Positions 23,401 to 36,500 of a DNA stretch of 64,000 nucleotides are shown here, in pieces; position 1 is the stretch's first letter; every line of letters begins with the position of its first letter. The notes beneath the pieces were generated by a model that saw only the letters and a list, made by a program, of their open reading frames with translations, searched no databases and had not been told where the DNA came from. The position numbers and the translations under genes were made by a program. The stretch is from Haliotis rubra (lineage: Eukaryota), in assembly GCF_003918875.1 (NCBI RefSeq), contig NW_025765136.1, forward strand, positions 124,001 through 188,000. Direction: 5' to 3'.

Positions 23401-26153
23401 GATATACATTAACAGATGCACTACCCATGTATTAACATGGAAGAGTGGTATTACACGTTTAAGCTACTTAAGAATAACCTCGTAAAATGACTACGTTCGA
23501 TGGTTGGAAACGTGTTTGATAAACAGAGAACGGAAAATGAACAGAACATCACTTAAACAAACTACAGCGGACTCCCCTAAACCGACATCCCTCTAATCCG
23601 ACATTACCTGTAAACCAACATAGTTATTTGGTCCCAAATTTCTCCCTATATAATATCATATAAGAAACTCCCTCTAATCCAACATTCCTCTCTTCCGAAT
23701 TCCGACACTAAAATATGTTTTTAGTGCAAATTAACTCTTTCCCAAACCGACACTGTAATTTCACAAGATATTGCATCAACTAAGACATGGTGTGTATAGT
23801 ATGACCAGAAATTATTGAGAATTTTAGGAATATGTTTAATTGGATTTCTAGTATAAACAACCTTGACCAGCTATCAAGTGTTTGGTTTCATTCAAGAGAG
23901 ACAACTCCGTTAATCCTTTTCCATTAGTTTGTGAAGAGTTATCCCCCTTTGTTTACTTGCTAGCAGACGACATTTTCAGTGATCCTCAGTATGGATGATT
24001 TAGAGAAGAGGAATTTGATTTTAGAGTATTATAACAAGGACATCAGATCAGCTAAAGTGATTTCAAGTAGAACAGGCATCCCTTTGTCCACTGTTTATCG
24101 TGTTTTGAAAAATATTGAAAATGGATATGGCAGTGAGCACCAGGAAGGCGCAGGTAGGCCCAGAATAATTGACTGTCGGTGACAGGAGGCGGCTTGGTAT
24201 TCTTGTTTCTAAAACCAACGAAGGAGTTAGAAACCTTAAGGCTGCATATGATTGATAGAGGAACTGTGGCTGTCTGTAAGGAGACAATAAGAACTGAGCT
24301 GCATGCAATGGGTTGGCAGAAAAGACGAGGAATTCCATCACCGATCATGAAACCTGAACAAAAGGAGCGAAGATTGAACTGGTGCTTACAGCATAGAAAT
24401 TTTAACTGGGACAATGTGATTTTCTCAGATGAAAGTTCTGTGTGGCTGTTTCCTAATACACTGAAATTCTGGACCAAACAAACTGAAAACCTTTGTATCA
24501 GTGCCCAAAGTACAGTCCGAAATTTAACGTGTGGGGTGGCATATCTGTGTTGGGGGTAACGCCCATCTGTGTATTTGAAGGGAATATGAACTGTGAGCGG
24601 TACACAGATATTCTCGAGGGACATTTACTTCCATCTGCTCACGTGTTCTATGGACATTTTTGATTTTCCAGCAGGACGACCAAAACATCGTTCAAAGCAT
24701 TCACCGGCCTGGTTTCGGACCCAAAATATGACATTATTAGATTGGCCAAGCTAAAGCCCTGACCTAAATCCAATAGAAAATGTTTGGGGACTTATGAAGG
24801 AAAGTGTCAATAAGAAAAATCTGACAAATATTGCTGAAATGAAAGAATAGGTGGTCCGATATTGGGACAGCATGGACCACGACTTTCTAACTTCTTTGAT
24901 CAGTAGTATGCCCCGCCGCATTGAAGCCTGCATTGCTGCCCATGGTGACTTGACAAAACACTAACTGTTCACCACTCTTTGAATCTGGAGTTATGTTGTG
25001 CTAATATTCACATTTAATACGTGAGTAATGAGTGAAAAATATACATAAAAATTACAATGTTAAATTCTCAATAATTTCTGGTTGTACTGTATTTAGTACG
25101 CTTGTATGAGAGATGGCCTGCCAAGGCGTTTTAGGATTAAGTGTTAATAACTTGCTAATTACTCACCAACTTCTAAACTGCCAATCAAACATACAATTAC
25201 ATTTTCAGTGGATTCATAGATTGGTGAAATCATGTGTTAAGTATTTGTTATGAGTTTCTAAAAAAAACCTCTATATCGACATCCCTCTAAACCGACATTT
25301 TCGACGGGTCCCAAGCGATGTTGGTTTAGAGAGAGTCCACTGTGCATACGACAGTAACTCCCACTGCATGCATATTTACCAGGGCCCTCTTATCCATCCT
25401 ATTCCATGCAATACATCGTATTGAAAAAAAACAGTGCGTTAATGTGTGTATCTCATGTAGGGGATTTTCTGTGTTGGATATGTTTAAAATGTAAAGTGAC
25501 CATCATCATAGCAAACGCTTAAAAATCGAAATTCGAAAATCTGATTAATGTGTTTTAAGAAGACAAAAATATGTTAATTCATGATCACAACATCACTGCT
25601 CACGTTTCTGGCAGGTCGGACCGAGCCATCCCTTGATGCAACCGCCGTTTTGGTGACTTGTGGTTGCCGGAGATGTTGTGCAGGAACTTGCATTGTAGCA
25701 ATGACATTCTCCAGCTGCAATAACGAAAATGCTTCACTTCAAACTCAAGACACAAAATGAGCTATTTCCCCTTCCTTGAAAATCAAGAATCCATAGTTCA
25801 GTTCGCATAATTGTAGTAGTGTTAAAACGGTGTCATATCATACGGTGCAATGTTACGGCCTCATACAAAGGTCAGAAATATACATGAGTGGTTTCATCGT
25901 AGCGGCAATGGGCCAGTATTGTTTTAGATGAAACACCTACTACTTTATTAACATAACTATGGTATTTGTATTATATATATTTAACTAAGACATATGTTAA
26001 GAGAAAGTTGACAGAGGTGCCATATACATTACACATTGCCATAGTTGCTTAATAATACAGTAGAATGAAATGCATGATCAAAGTGAAATAATATTTTATC
26101 TTACCAACTGCTGTGAACATCATGAACAGCTCAAACACAAAGAGCAGTCGCAT
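20483..26153 (-). CDS. F-type lectin (fucolectin-like) plus MEGF10/CED-1-type EGF-repeat receptor, intact 5' exons
   Basis: Minus-strand exons, all joined in phase 1 and in frame: 26105-26153 (MRLLFVFELFMMFTAV signal), 25604-25714 (ECHC...GCIKGWLGPTCQK), 23106-23345 (NVALKRPAIQTS...AVDG...CAHT...PSWTV...YLR), 22724-22903 (...LLTLCEVQIF), 21366-21503 and 20483-20620 (8-Cys units CSDGWFG..CDKQCHC...C..C..GC..GF.G.NCQ). Confidence 0.85.
23565..25342. mobile_element. pogo/Tigger-type non-autonomous element (MITE) interrupted by a Tc1
   Basis: Ends cagcggactcccctaaaccgacatc / gatgttggtttagagagagtccactg, left TA flank, subterminal 'ccctctaa.ccgaca' repeats. Confidence 0.75.
23797..25089 (+). mobile_element. 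Full-length Tc1 (DD34E) transposon with few inactivating mutations
   Basis: TIRs (c/t)agta..accagaaattattgagaattt at both ends, with TA flanks. Transposase from ATG 23991 to ~24964: HTH ...TVYRVLK...GAGRPR, WDNVIFSDES, FQQD, WPS*SPDLNPIENVW. D-to-E spacing is 34 once a small deletion is restored. Confidence 0.92.
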
Positions 26154-26344
26154 TGCTTTTGTCCATGTGGAGCCTACATAGATGAAAACAATATGCTTCA
26201 ATTCAAGAATCTAAATCAAATTGTTACAACATAGTAGTATGGATATAAACTTCTCAAAACTTGGTTGTAGTCTCTTTTAGCTTCAACACGTGTAAGAACT
26301 AACATCGAAACGTCGCCCTATGCAATAAACAAAAAGTTATAATC

Positions 26345-26860
26345 CATTTTTTTTTAATTATAGGATATTTATATCGCGCACATATCCACACAGCTAGTAC
26401 ATGCTCAATGCGCTGGTATTGTTTCGCTCGATCATTGCACAACGGCACATCGTATTATCAATCTCCATTCCCTGAGGATCATACAACTCTTGCAGCCACT
26501 AGGCGCACCGAGTTAATGTGGCTTTCCCATCCTTGCGAGGTACCCATTCACAGCTGGGTGGACGAGACACATAGTCACAGTACTTTGTTCAAGTTCACTG
26601 CACGTTGCTGTACCCGCAACCAGATGTTTGCATGTATTCACGTGTATCTGGTCATATACCAACGGATTCGTGGGTTCTTCTAAGTGCACAGGGTTGTGTA
26701 CTGTACTCTAGGGGTTGTGACAACACTGAGAGAGTCTGCACACAAAGTTGACTCCAACATTTGTTACACCCGGTCACAGGTGGGATCGATCCCGGGACCT
26801 CAAGCTCGCCGGATAACTAATCTGGGGCCGTAGACAGTTCTCCCACCACGCCTTCATTAA
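26345..26860 (-). mobile_element. SINE family 4 (Meta/MESC-like core, L2-like tail); a tail-only copy lies at ~51880-52045 on +
   Basis: On the minus strand: degenerate tRNA head, ggagtcaactttgtgtgcagactctc core, and tail gagattgataatacgatgtgc...tgagcatg...atataaatat followed by an A-rich end. Confidence 0.55.
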
Positions 26861-27649
26861 GCCTTTAGCTTTATTATTGGCTCACCAACTTCCAGAATAC
26901 CCACCACTTTATTCGATATACATATAATTGTTTGTTACTATCAAACAACACATTTAAGGGAACCAAATTAAGATTTCTACGGAGCACAACCATCTACGTC
27001 ATCCCATGGAAGTCTAAAAATTGTTTCGCAAGTCTTAATCAAGAACATAGAGGAGATAGCATCGTTTTGTCTCAATAAATTAAGTCATTAAACAATGATG
27101 TTACTTGGGCGGGGAATTCGATGACTTGAAAGCGCCAAGAAAACGTATTTGCTTCGATTGCCCATATACAGATAAAAGCAATGTTTTCGATATATGTCCT
27201 TCTGCCATTGTATTTGTACTAACATTAAGTGACGTCATGGCATATTCAAATCACAATGACGTCATCATTTGAAAGTGGAGTCACATATATCTCAAAACTA
27301 TGAAAGTTCACAAAGAGCATTATGGGAATAGTATTTGGCTTTGTATTTATATTTTAAGAAGAAACGTGCCATATCGAAGAGCAATTCCACCTCAAAACGT
27401 GCTGCGATTATAATTCACAAACAGTTAAGAATCTTATGTATAGTTTTGCATCAGATGTCTGGTGTTAGACGACCTACCACTGCGTGTAATTCTGACTAAT
27501 TTGTTGACAATGCAGTTTTGTCACATCACGTTATTATGATGTCATTCTGCAATTTAACGTATATGGAGAGCAATAGTACTTTGAGTTGATAATTCTTTGT
27601 TTGTTGTTGCTACACATATTGCTGAAAACCCAGTTCATATATATACAAT

Positions 27650-28173
27650 GTATTATGGTTCTAGATTCTGCCAAAGTGTCCACTGTCGCCTCAGACTCGA
27701 CTGCAGTGACTCAAACGCTGATAAGATAGGGCGCCATGTATCAGAAACCCCTCACTGCACATGTGGCTATCAATTTCTATATATCACTTTTTCTTTACCT
27801 GCCACAAATACGATAACATCAGAAAGACTATGTACTTTTACATACATGGGCATGACCTGACATCAATACTGTATGGCTATAGTTCAGTCAGCAGTTCCAT
27901 AAACATGGAAATCCTTCTATCAGTTCACGGCCTTATCATTAAAAGCAAAGTAATTGAGCAATTTTAACTTCATGTAGAAAGGATAACTGCACTATCGTAC
28001 TTTTCCATACACAACACTGACTCCAAAATACTGACGTTATATATTCCGTCTGTGCCACTGTATATTACGTTTAGCATTATCCTGCAAAACTTATTACCTG
28101 GAGATGTACTTATATAAGCAAATCTCGCTTTTTTACCGAACCAGATAACTTTGGAAATAAAAGTATGTTTAAG
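27650..28173 (+). mobile_element. 3' end of a non-LTR retrotransposon (CR1/L2-like ORF2 C-terminus and 3' UTR)
   Basis: HCRLRLDCSD...HVSETPHCTCG...HFFFTCHKY..IRK...LYG, the zinc-finger-like tail of LINE ORF2. AATAAA occurs just before the gap. Confidence 0.6.
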
Positions 28174-28336
28174 NNNNNNNNNNNNNNNNNNNNNNNNNNN
28201 NNNNNNNNNNNNNNNNNNNNNNNNNNNNNNNNNNNNNNNNNNNNNNNNNNNNNNNNNNNNNNNNNNNNNNNNNNNNNNNNNNNNNNNNNNNNNNNNNNNN
28301 NNNNNNNNNNNNNNNNNNNNNNNNNNNNNNNNNNNN
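28174..28336. other. Assembly gap (163 N)
   Basis: Run of N. Confidence 1.
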
Positions 28337-31300
28337 GTTACTCACCTGTATGTGCCTTCGATTGATAGTTGTGATACGAGGGGATGGGGAGTAAATGACA
28401 AATACCTGACCTGTGTTAGTGTTTGAATTAAATGCCAACGAGGGTTTCACAACCGATAAAGAGGAAACTGCACTTTATCTTTTCAATGAGGGAAGTAAAA
28501 TGATAAGGTACTTCCTTGCCGAACTTACGGCCGGAAAACTTGTTATCTACGTTAAATCACATTTTACACATGCATCCAAAGGAGCAAGATTACAATTTTG
28601 TGGTCTGAGAAGCAGTTTTAAGACTATGAATCGGCGATGCATGTAGGTTAGTAACTGTGACGCGAACCACATTGAACTTACATACGTGACTTCCTCAGTC
28701 GATGGTCACGTGGGGACATAAAATATTCCTTTTTGTGGTATATCTCATCATTATGTTTGATGTTTATTTTAAACTCCTTAATTCATATAGCTGCACCGGG
28801 TATGTTCCTGTTTTGTGCAAGGGTCTTAAGAAATATTTGCAACAGCACGTATTATCAACTGTAATGGTAATCGTTTGTCTATTTTGTTTCTTTTAGTTAT
28901 TTAGTCTTTTTCTAGTGGCGTAATTGAAGATGAATAAATTGGCAAATATGCAAATCATTCGTCTATTTTGTTTGTTTTAGTTACTTAGTCTCTTTCTGTC
29001 GCATCCCTTAAGATGAGTCGATTTGGTCAACCAGTCCATTTGGTCATACATTCCTTTTGGCAGAAGATGCTTGTGTCTCTTCATCTAGCCCTTGCAGAGA
29101 TCAAACGTCCCTTTATGTAAAATGATCACAAACAAATTGCAGGGGACAGCGTAAATTGAAAACATTTTTAAACTGGTTCTGGTATCAAATCTTCCATTTT
29201 CTAACTGAAGATGGTGCGTGAACAAACAGACTCGTCAAATCGATGAATATGTGGAAGGGGGACCAACAACCTGATGCTCTTGGGGTACATTCTATCCGGC
29301 GCGTGACGACCAAATGCAGATGCAAATGACCCATGCTGAAGCAATCTAACGAAATATCTCCTGGTGAAGAGATCACTCTGCGTTCACATTAATCCGCTGT
29401 CACGAGGTACTGACTATTAATATTGTATTCAGCTTCCGAGGAATATGTTGGGCTTCCCTTCTGTACCTTTTAGACCACCAAGGCAAACAACCGTGTAGAA
29501 TCATGTATCAATCCATCTTATCTGATTGTTACTTGTCTCTGGATTTATGCCACCAAAGTAGTGCAGACTGTGATCCGGGAAAAAGGGGCGATTTCCTTAG
29601 AGACTGGTCCCATCAGGGGACAGCTGATGTGGAATCTCCCTTTGTTGAACTCCCAACATACTATGTACCATTAGCCTGTGTATGCCCGCTCTTCATCCCA
29701 ATTCTATTGTGTAGAGAGTGAGTAGTGAGATGGGTTTTTCTCCGCCTTTAGAAATAATTCAGCATTATCGTGGCGGGAGACAGCAGAAATCGGCTTCACA
29801 CAAGTAGGAAATCGAAATCGGCTTTAACCACTAGACTACCCAATCGCCCGTCTGTTATGTAAGGGGGTCGTGTTCGTTTTATCATGTGTTGAAAAACCAA
29901 TAAAAGGTCCTCCAGGAGGTTCTCCAAACCTGTCCATCAATTGTGACAGATGGGAGGGAAAGGTACTTCTCTGTCCAACGTTGAAGTTTGTACTGAATTC
30001 ATCAATGTTTGTTGGTGCCGAAGCTGATGTCTGCCCCTATGGTACGAAACGATTTGGAGCCATGCGTTTTTTCGTGATGACATTCACCATCAGACATTGT
30101 GGTTGCGTCAATGGGCTACTTGGTTAACCACCCCTATAAGGTTCAGATGATGATCCAGCGGTGGTCGAGCAAGTCCCTTTTTGCATCGAGAATCTGTTCC
30201 TTACATAAATTATATCCAGCAACTTGTTGAATTCCAGTTTCTTTCAGAGGAGCAGAAATCAGAATAAAGCCAACAACTATATCGAAAAGATTTCAGTCTA
30301 TCTAATCAGATTTTTAACTGATAGGTTGTGAGGAAGTCATACGTGTATATCCTTGCAGGGGATTAGATAAGTGTCAATAAAGCTGGTGATCGGTGTGAAG
30401 AAATCCGAGTGAAGTATATCCTGATCTGAAGGACTTGAATTCATAATACATGCACTTGACATATCGGACATATTTCTTGAAATGTTGGGTGGAACTGGAC
30501 ATGAATCCAAAGGATCATCCAGTCCCCAGTCCTGTGTCATGTTCGAGATTTTCAAAAGGATTCCATCTGGAAGTAAATCTGTAGTCACTATTCCTTGTTG
30601 ACCTGAACTGTTGACGCACATGCTGTCAATCGGACCCGAGAGTACCGTGAAATCTAACGGGGCATTTGTAGTCAGGGGTGGTTTCTTCCAAGTACAATCT
30701 CTGTCAGCTACCTCCTCATACTGATGGTTTGATGTATTTTGCCCTCACACCTTCTGTAACACCTCTATATCCTGATATCCTCTTGTGCCTGATGACCTGC
30801 ACATTTCCCGTCATCAACTTTCCTGGATGAATTACTGCAGACATCGCGTCCATTTATGTATTGAAATAACACCTACACGTGTTTTCATCCTGAGTGACGT
30901 TTCAAGAGAAAAACAGATGAGTGCATATCGCATTGCGGAGTCTTCCGGAACCGAAGCTGTTTGGGACTTTGTCCTGGACGTGCATGTCCCCGGACTTATC
31001 GTGGTTTAGGGTGTAGCAATGAGATCCATGTGCTTCCTAACATTGTCTTTCCTTAAAAGCATGTCCCTGCATCTTAGAAAGCAGTTTGCGCCACTGTTGG
31101 TGACCTTTCGATTTGATCGATCGGGTATGTATCGTCACCATATTCGTCTCTACATCCATATCCAAACAAGGCTGCTTCATTACATATAGAAGCTTCCACA
31201 CAAGATGACCAGCAGTGTAAGTTGTATTACAAATGATTTACTTGTTTAATATGAAATTTACATGGTTGGCTCAGACTCGACACCACACGCCAGAGAATAA

Positions 31301-32706
31301 CCAGTCCAGATTATTCACCCTGATTTCATCGGGCGGATCGATCAAAATAGGGGAGAAAATTGTACGAGTGGATGACGGAATATCAGTGTCGACATAAGGT
31401 GTTCCCGAAAATGGCTACAAGGACACCCGAAGGGGTTGTTGGAGTTTGGTTTATTTAGTTTGTGTGTGTGAGTGTGTGTGTATGTGCGTGCGTGCGCAAG
31501 GGCGTGTGTGTGGGGGGGGGGCGGAGGGGCGTGTGAGGGCATGTTGTAATCATCAGTTAAGTAATTTTCAAGTATCGACAGAAATTAATATATGATAATG
31601 ATAACAATAACAGAGGATTGTTCTATTTATTGATCCTAATTGCGAGTAAGACACAAAACGTCTCCTGGTTATACGACCGTTACAACATAGCTCATAAGGT
31701 AAATAAATCGTAAACGTATATTATAAGTATCGTATCTGGGTATCATGTCTGAAGCGAAGACCTACACGGCATCGTAATATTGCAGTGCCTCAACGTCTCA
31801 ACGTTGGTACGTAACCAACGAGCATGCACTATCCGTTTATACAAGTAACTTTCTATTGCATAAAGTCCTGGAAAAAAGACAACTATCAGGTTAAGTAGTA
31901 TTTAAAAGAGAGGATCTCCAATATAACAGACAGCATCATTGGCCGTCACGACTTTAGGTCAGGTTCGAATCCAAACTCATGTACATTCTATAAAACGAAT
32001 TAATCGTTTCCCCTTTTCGATATTGCAAAGTGTGTCAGGTAAATGGCTGTAGATACTATCTGATTTTCAAATACGTATACACTTGTCAAAACAAACAAAC
32101 ATGTGTGTCTAGACATACTTTACAACTGTGCCCATTGTCCATTCGTATTCTTCATTATGAGATATTTCATACCAGGAAGGACTTAGTTTATCTCCCTGTG
32201 ACGCATATATGGCGCATACTGAACAACACCTACCTGGGGGTCTATGTAAATAATACAATGACACAAGACGTGATAAACCAAATCAATCGATTTGAAATCA
32301 GCCTCAGTTTTAGCTCACACATTTTTAGGGTATTGGAAGTATGTCCTTAACCCTTTGCCCACCAATGAGCTTGTTTGTGGCAACACATGTATGTGGCAAT
32401 CCTTGTGCACAATATTGTCAGTTGCTCTAGAACGCATAGTAGGCACGGGTTGTACATTAAGTGGTTGGTCTAAGAGTGGATTTAGTTCGAGAAATTTAGT
32501 TGTTACATTTCTTAACTTCAACAGAACTTTCGTCTGATTGATGGTTCGTCTGGTTATTCGTTAATCGGTTGTTCGATATCATAAACTGAAAACTCATTCA
32601 AAAAGAAAACGCACACAAGATGTTTGGGGAATATTTTCAAAAAAGCAAAGTAAATACTTTTGAAAGTGTTTTATATTGTGACTTACAGGTGTACATATTA
32701 GACAAG

Positions 32707-33040
32707 GTGAGGTGAAATTGGGTTGAACGTCGTGCTTGAGAATATTTCGCTCATGTGACGACGTGCATGCGTGTGTATATGTATGTGTATGTGCGGCTGC
32801 TTGTACTAGCCCAGACTTAGGCTGGTTTTATAGTGCTAGCTCACTGAGATACCATGCCGCAATGATGCATGAATACCCCACTCACACACATTATATTGAC
32901 TCCGAGCCGACCAGTCCTTGCCGAGCGCCAGGCAGGGACCAACAAGTACCATATTTTAACGGTATGACGCGGTCGGAGATCGAACCCGCGACCTTCCGCT
33001 CTCCGTGCAGACGCTCTAACCACTACACCAGGGAGGCGGT
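32707..33040 (-). mobile_element. tRNA-headed SINE family 3 with a Nin-like central domain (also 47276-47621 and 57246-57525)
   Basis: On the minus strand: ggtgtagtggttagagcg...ggttcgatc head, central ggcatggtatctcagtgagctagcactataaaacc, and (cacct)n tail. Three near-identical copies. Confidence 0.8.
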
Positions 33041-33534
33041 GCATATTAGACAAACATTGGTTGCATAATAGTAACGTTAGTTAGGTGTGTGCTTTCTTTT
33101 ACACGTCAGTTTAGTGGGGTTTTTTTAGGCTTAAGTTTGAAGTGATTCGAAAGTTTTAAGTCAAGTAAAATTTCAATAAAGTTTGATGTGTTTTGAATAC
33201 ATCCATGGTTTTGTTCGTTTGCCTGACAGTCTATATTGCTTGCCTGGAATTATGGGTGTTCTATCGCAAATTGTGTTTTGAACGTTATATATTTATCCTA
33301 CCCCATCTTTCGTTTTTAAGGAAGTCACCTACATTCTCTAACACATTTTTTTTAAAAATAAATACGTATACGTACATGCATTGGTTGTCAGCGGTGGTTG
33401 TTAGCCGCTGCTGTCATCACTCAGGGCTACTATCTGGTGAACTCATAGCGTCCTTAGTTACCGGTAGAAACACACAAGGAATGATGTGATATAAACTTGC
33501 GTTATTTCAGCTCACATTATATGAACGTAACACC

Positions 33535-36500
33535 ATGGAGGCCATCGGACTGGTCACAGGCCTTCTTCTGGTTCTTCTTGAAGGTAATTTGCCCTCAGTT
33601 GAAGTTCAACAGATAATTTTATACCAAAGATATTTATGAATAATGTCACGGGTTTATTTATTGCCGTGTGTTTTAAAAACTTTAATCATACATTTAAACT
33701 TATTTGTATAATCATCACATGTCCGGCGAGCTTCGGATAAAATATTATCAAGATACGATTTATTCATATCACCAAAGAGAAATATTTATATGTTATAATA
33801 ATTTTGTAGAGTGTCTAATATCCATCTCAAAGATGCTCAGTGGCACTAAGGACATTTTTCCAAGCTGCCTGCGAGGCGACGGACTGTTAACAGTCAAAGA
33901 TACTCTCCCCCCGGAAAAACGCATAGATGTATGCAGCGCAGGATAGGTACATTCGGGTAATTCATTTGCGGAATCGAGCTGCTACTGCAAGTGCAAGTGC
34001 AGTGCCTGGTTTGAGGAGAATCTCGACGCAAACCATTCGTAATCGTTTACGAGAAGCTGGACTTAGAGCCAGAAGACCCTATTTTGGCCCTGTGCTGCGA
34101 CGATTACATCGACGTCGAGTGGTGCAATAATGTTCTGTTCTGGAATCTACAAAACTGGCGACGTGTATGATTCAGTGACGAATCACGCTTTCCGCTTCAA
34201 TGCCGTGACGGAAGAATACTTGTCTATCAACGTCGAAGCGAACGTTTTGCCCAGAATTTTGTCGCCCACGTTGACCGGACCGATATGGTGGTGGGAGTGT
34301 CATGAAGTGGGGCGCCATATCCTACACGCATAAATTTAGCTTTGTGCGCTTTTAGGTCAATTTAACTGCTATTCGGTAGAGAGACGAAATCTTAAGGATT
34401 CACATGGTTCCGATCATTGGCCGCCAGTGGGAAGTGTTCCAGCATGATAATGCCAGGTCCCACACAGCACATGCCACTGTTCACTATCTTCAAAATGACA
34501 ACATTACGGAGCTTTCAAGGCCTTCCAAATCGAACGACCTCAACCGCATCGATCATGTGTTCGACGTGTACGTGTACGTGAACGTCAAACGGCACCCGAG
34601 ACGTTAATTAGATCAACTGAACTGTCGCAGCCATTGCAAGAGAAATGGGCCAGAATTCCACAAGGTCGAATTCAAAGACTTATTCAGCCCATGCCGAAAC
34701 GGTGCAAGGCATGTTTGGGGGCTCGTGGTGGCCACAACAGATATTGAATACAACGCCTGACTGCCAACGGACCCCTGAAACGTTTTTAAAAAATCTGCTC
34801 CATTAATGCCGATAATCTCTGCAATCAGACAGAGTGGGCAGACATCGCGTAGCAGACGATAAAAAAGTAAACGAAGGGGCGTAACTGCTTCTACCGGTGT
34901 TAGACTGAATTTGCACCCAGTGAAATATTATCATACTGAGTTTCATGACGATTTATTGTCAAATACAGAGACACATTTAAATCGTACCTAACGGTCTGCA
35001 CACTTTTCAGCGCAGACAGTGTTGCGAACTCACCTTTGGCAACTGACTGCATGTGCACAAAAATTTGAATATTTATTCTGTGATATTTGGCCTACCAGTC
35101 CAGAATTACATGGGTTTACACTTTAAAATCAGCAGATTAAGTTCGTGAAATCACACCTATGCGTTTCCTTTTGGGGAGAGTATGTAGCCAGTATATGCAA
35201 CAAGGCGCCCATTCACCTGGCACAAACTCACTTTCCTCAGTTGAGGTCATCATTGTGGGGCAGGACTGAAGTCCTAGAAACCCTCAGGTGTCAAGCTGCC
35301 TTACACAGTCACCCAGGACCACACACCACAACATTTAGCACTCCTGCCAAATTCTCTTATGAAATGAGAACTTTTCACGTATAAAGTAATTTTCCTGCTA
35401 TTATAATTCTGACTTTATTCGGCACATCTAATAGTTTACTGGGGCGGTGGGGTAGCCTAGTGGTTAAAGCGTTCGCTCGTCATGCTGAAGACCCGGGTTC
35501 GATTCCCCACATGGGTACAGTTTGTGAAGCCCATTTCTGGTATCCCCCGCCGTGATATTGCTGGAATATTGCTAAAAGCGGCGTAAAACCACACTCAAGT
35601 CAGTCAGTCAGTCTAATTATTTACTGATATGTTAAATTTTCAGATGTGAGGGCAGAGTTCTGTTCCAGTTACATGCCGTATTGTGAGAATGGTTGTTGCG
35701 GAAGCACTTGTTGTGTAGACAACATGTAAGTATTATACTATACTAGCCACATAAAGAAACTGTGCATTGTCAAAATATTATCACAGTTGATAAGTACGAT
35801 AACAATGTCAAAGGTACATATAAACTCTAATGGAGGGATCATGAGACCATACATAACAAGTCGGGAGAACTTCAATTGAAAAGTCAATCACAATGACGTC
35901 ACGAGTCCACAAGCGGGACAGGGGTCAAACGACCATGTCACAAGCTCAATAACGGGTATGTCCACCATCGGCGTTGAGAACAGCAGCGCATCGACGACGC
36001 ATAGAGCCTATCAACCGTGCAAGGGAGGCTTGTGGGATGTCACGCCAGATTCTCTCAAGTTCTGTTGCAAGGTCAAGGACGTTATCTGGCGGATGAGGAA
36101 GACGGCGTAGACGTCGATCCATCTCGTCCCAAACATGCTCTATCGGGGAGAGATCCAGTGAATTTGCAAGCCAAGGCAGTGAATCAACATTGTGGTGTTG
36201 CAAGAAATCCATAGCAACCCTTGCCGTATGAGGGCGGACATTGTCCTCTTGGAATGTTAACCCAGGGCCATGACGTTGCAGAAAAGGAATTGCCACAGGT
36301 CGTAGAGTCTGATCCCTGTAGCCCACACCAGTTAAGTTGCCCTGAACAATCACCAATGGAGTTCTTTGGCGTGCTGTTATTCCACCCCAAATCATCACGG
36401 AACCACCACCAAAGCGATTCCTCTCCAAGACACAGGCCTGTGCATAACGTTCTCCCACGCATCTTTATGCACGTTGACGTCCATCACTATGGGAAATGTT

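Noticed and set aside
24052-24624. 190-aa - strand ORF
   Set aside because: Antisense shadow of the Tc1 transposase.
28151-28450. ORFs containing X runs (also 5390-5653 and 40471-40733)
   Set aside because: Artefacts of translating through N gaps.
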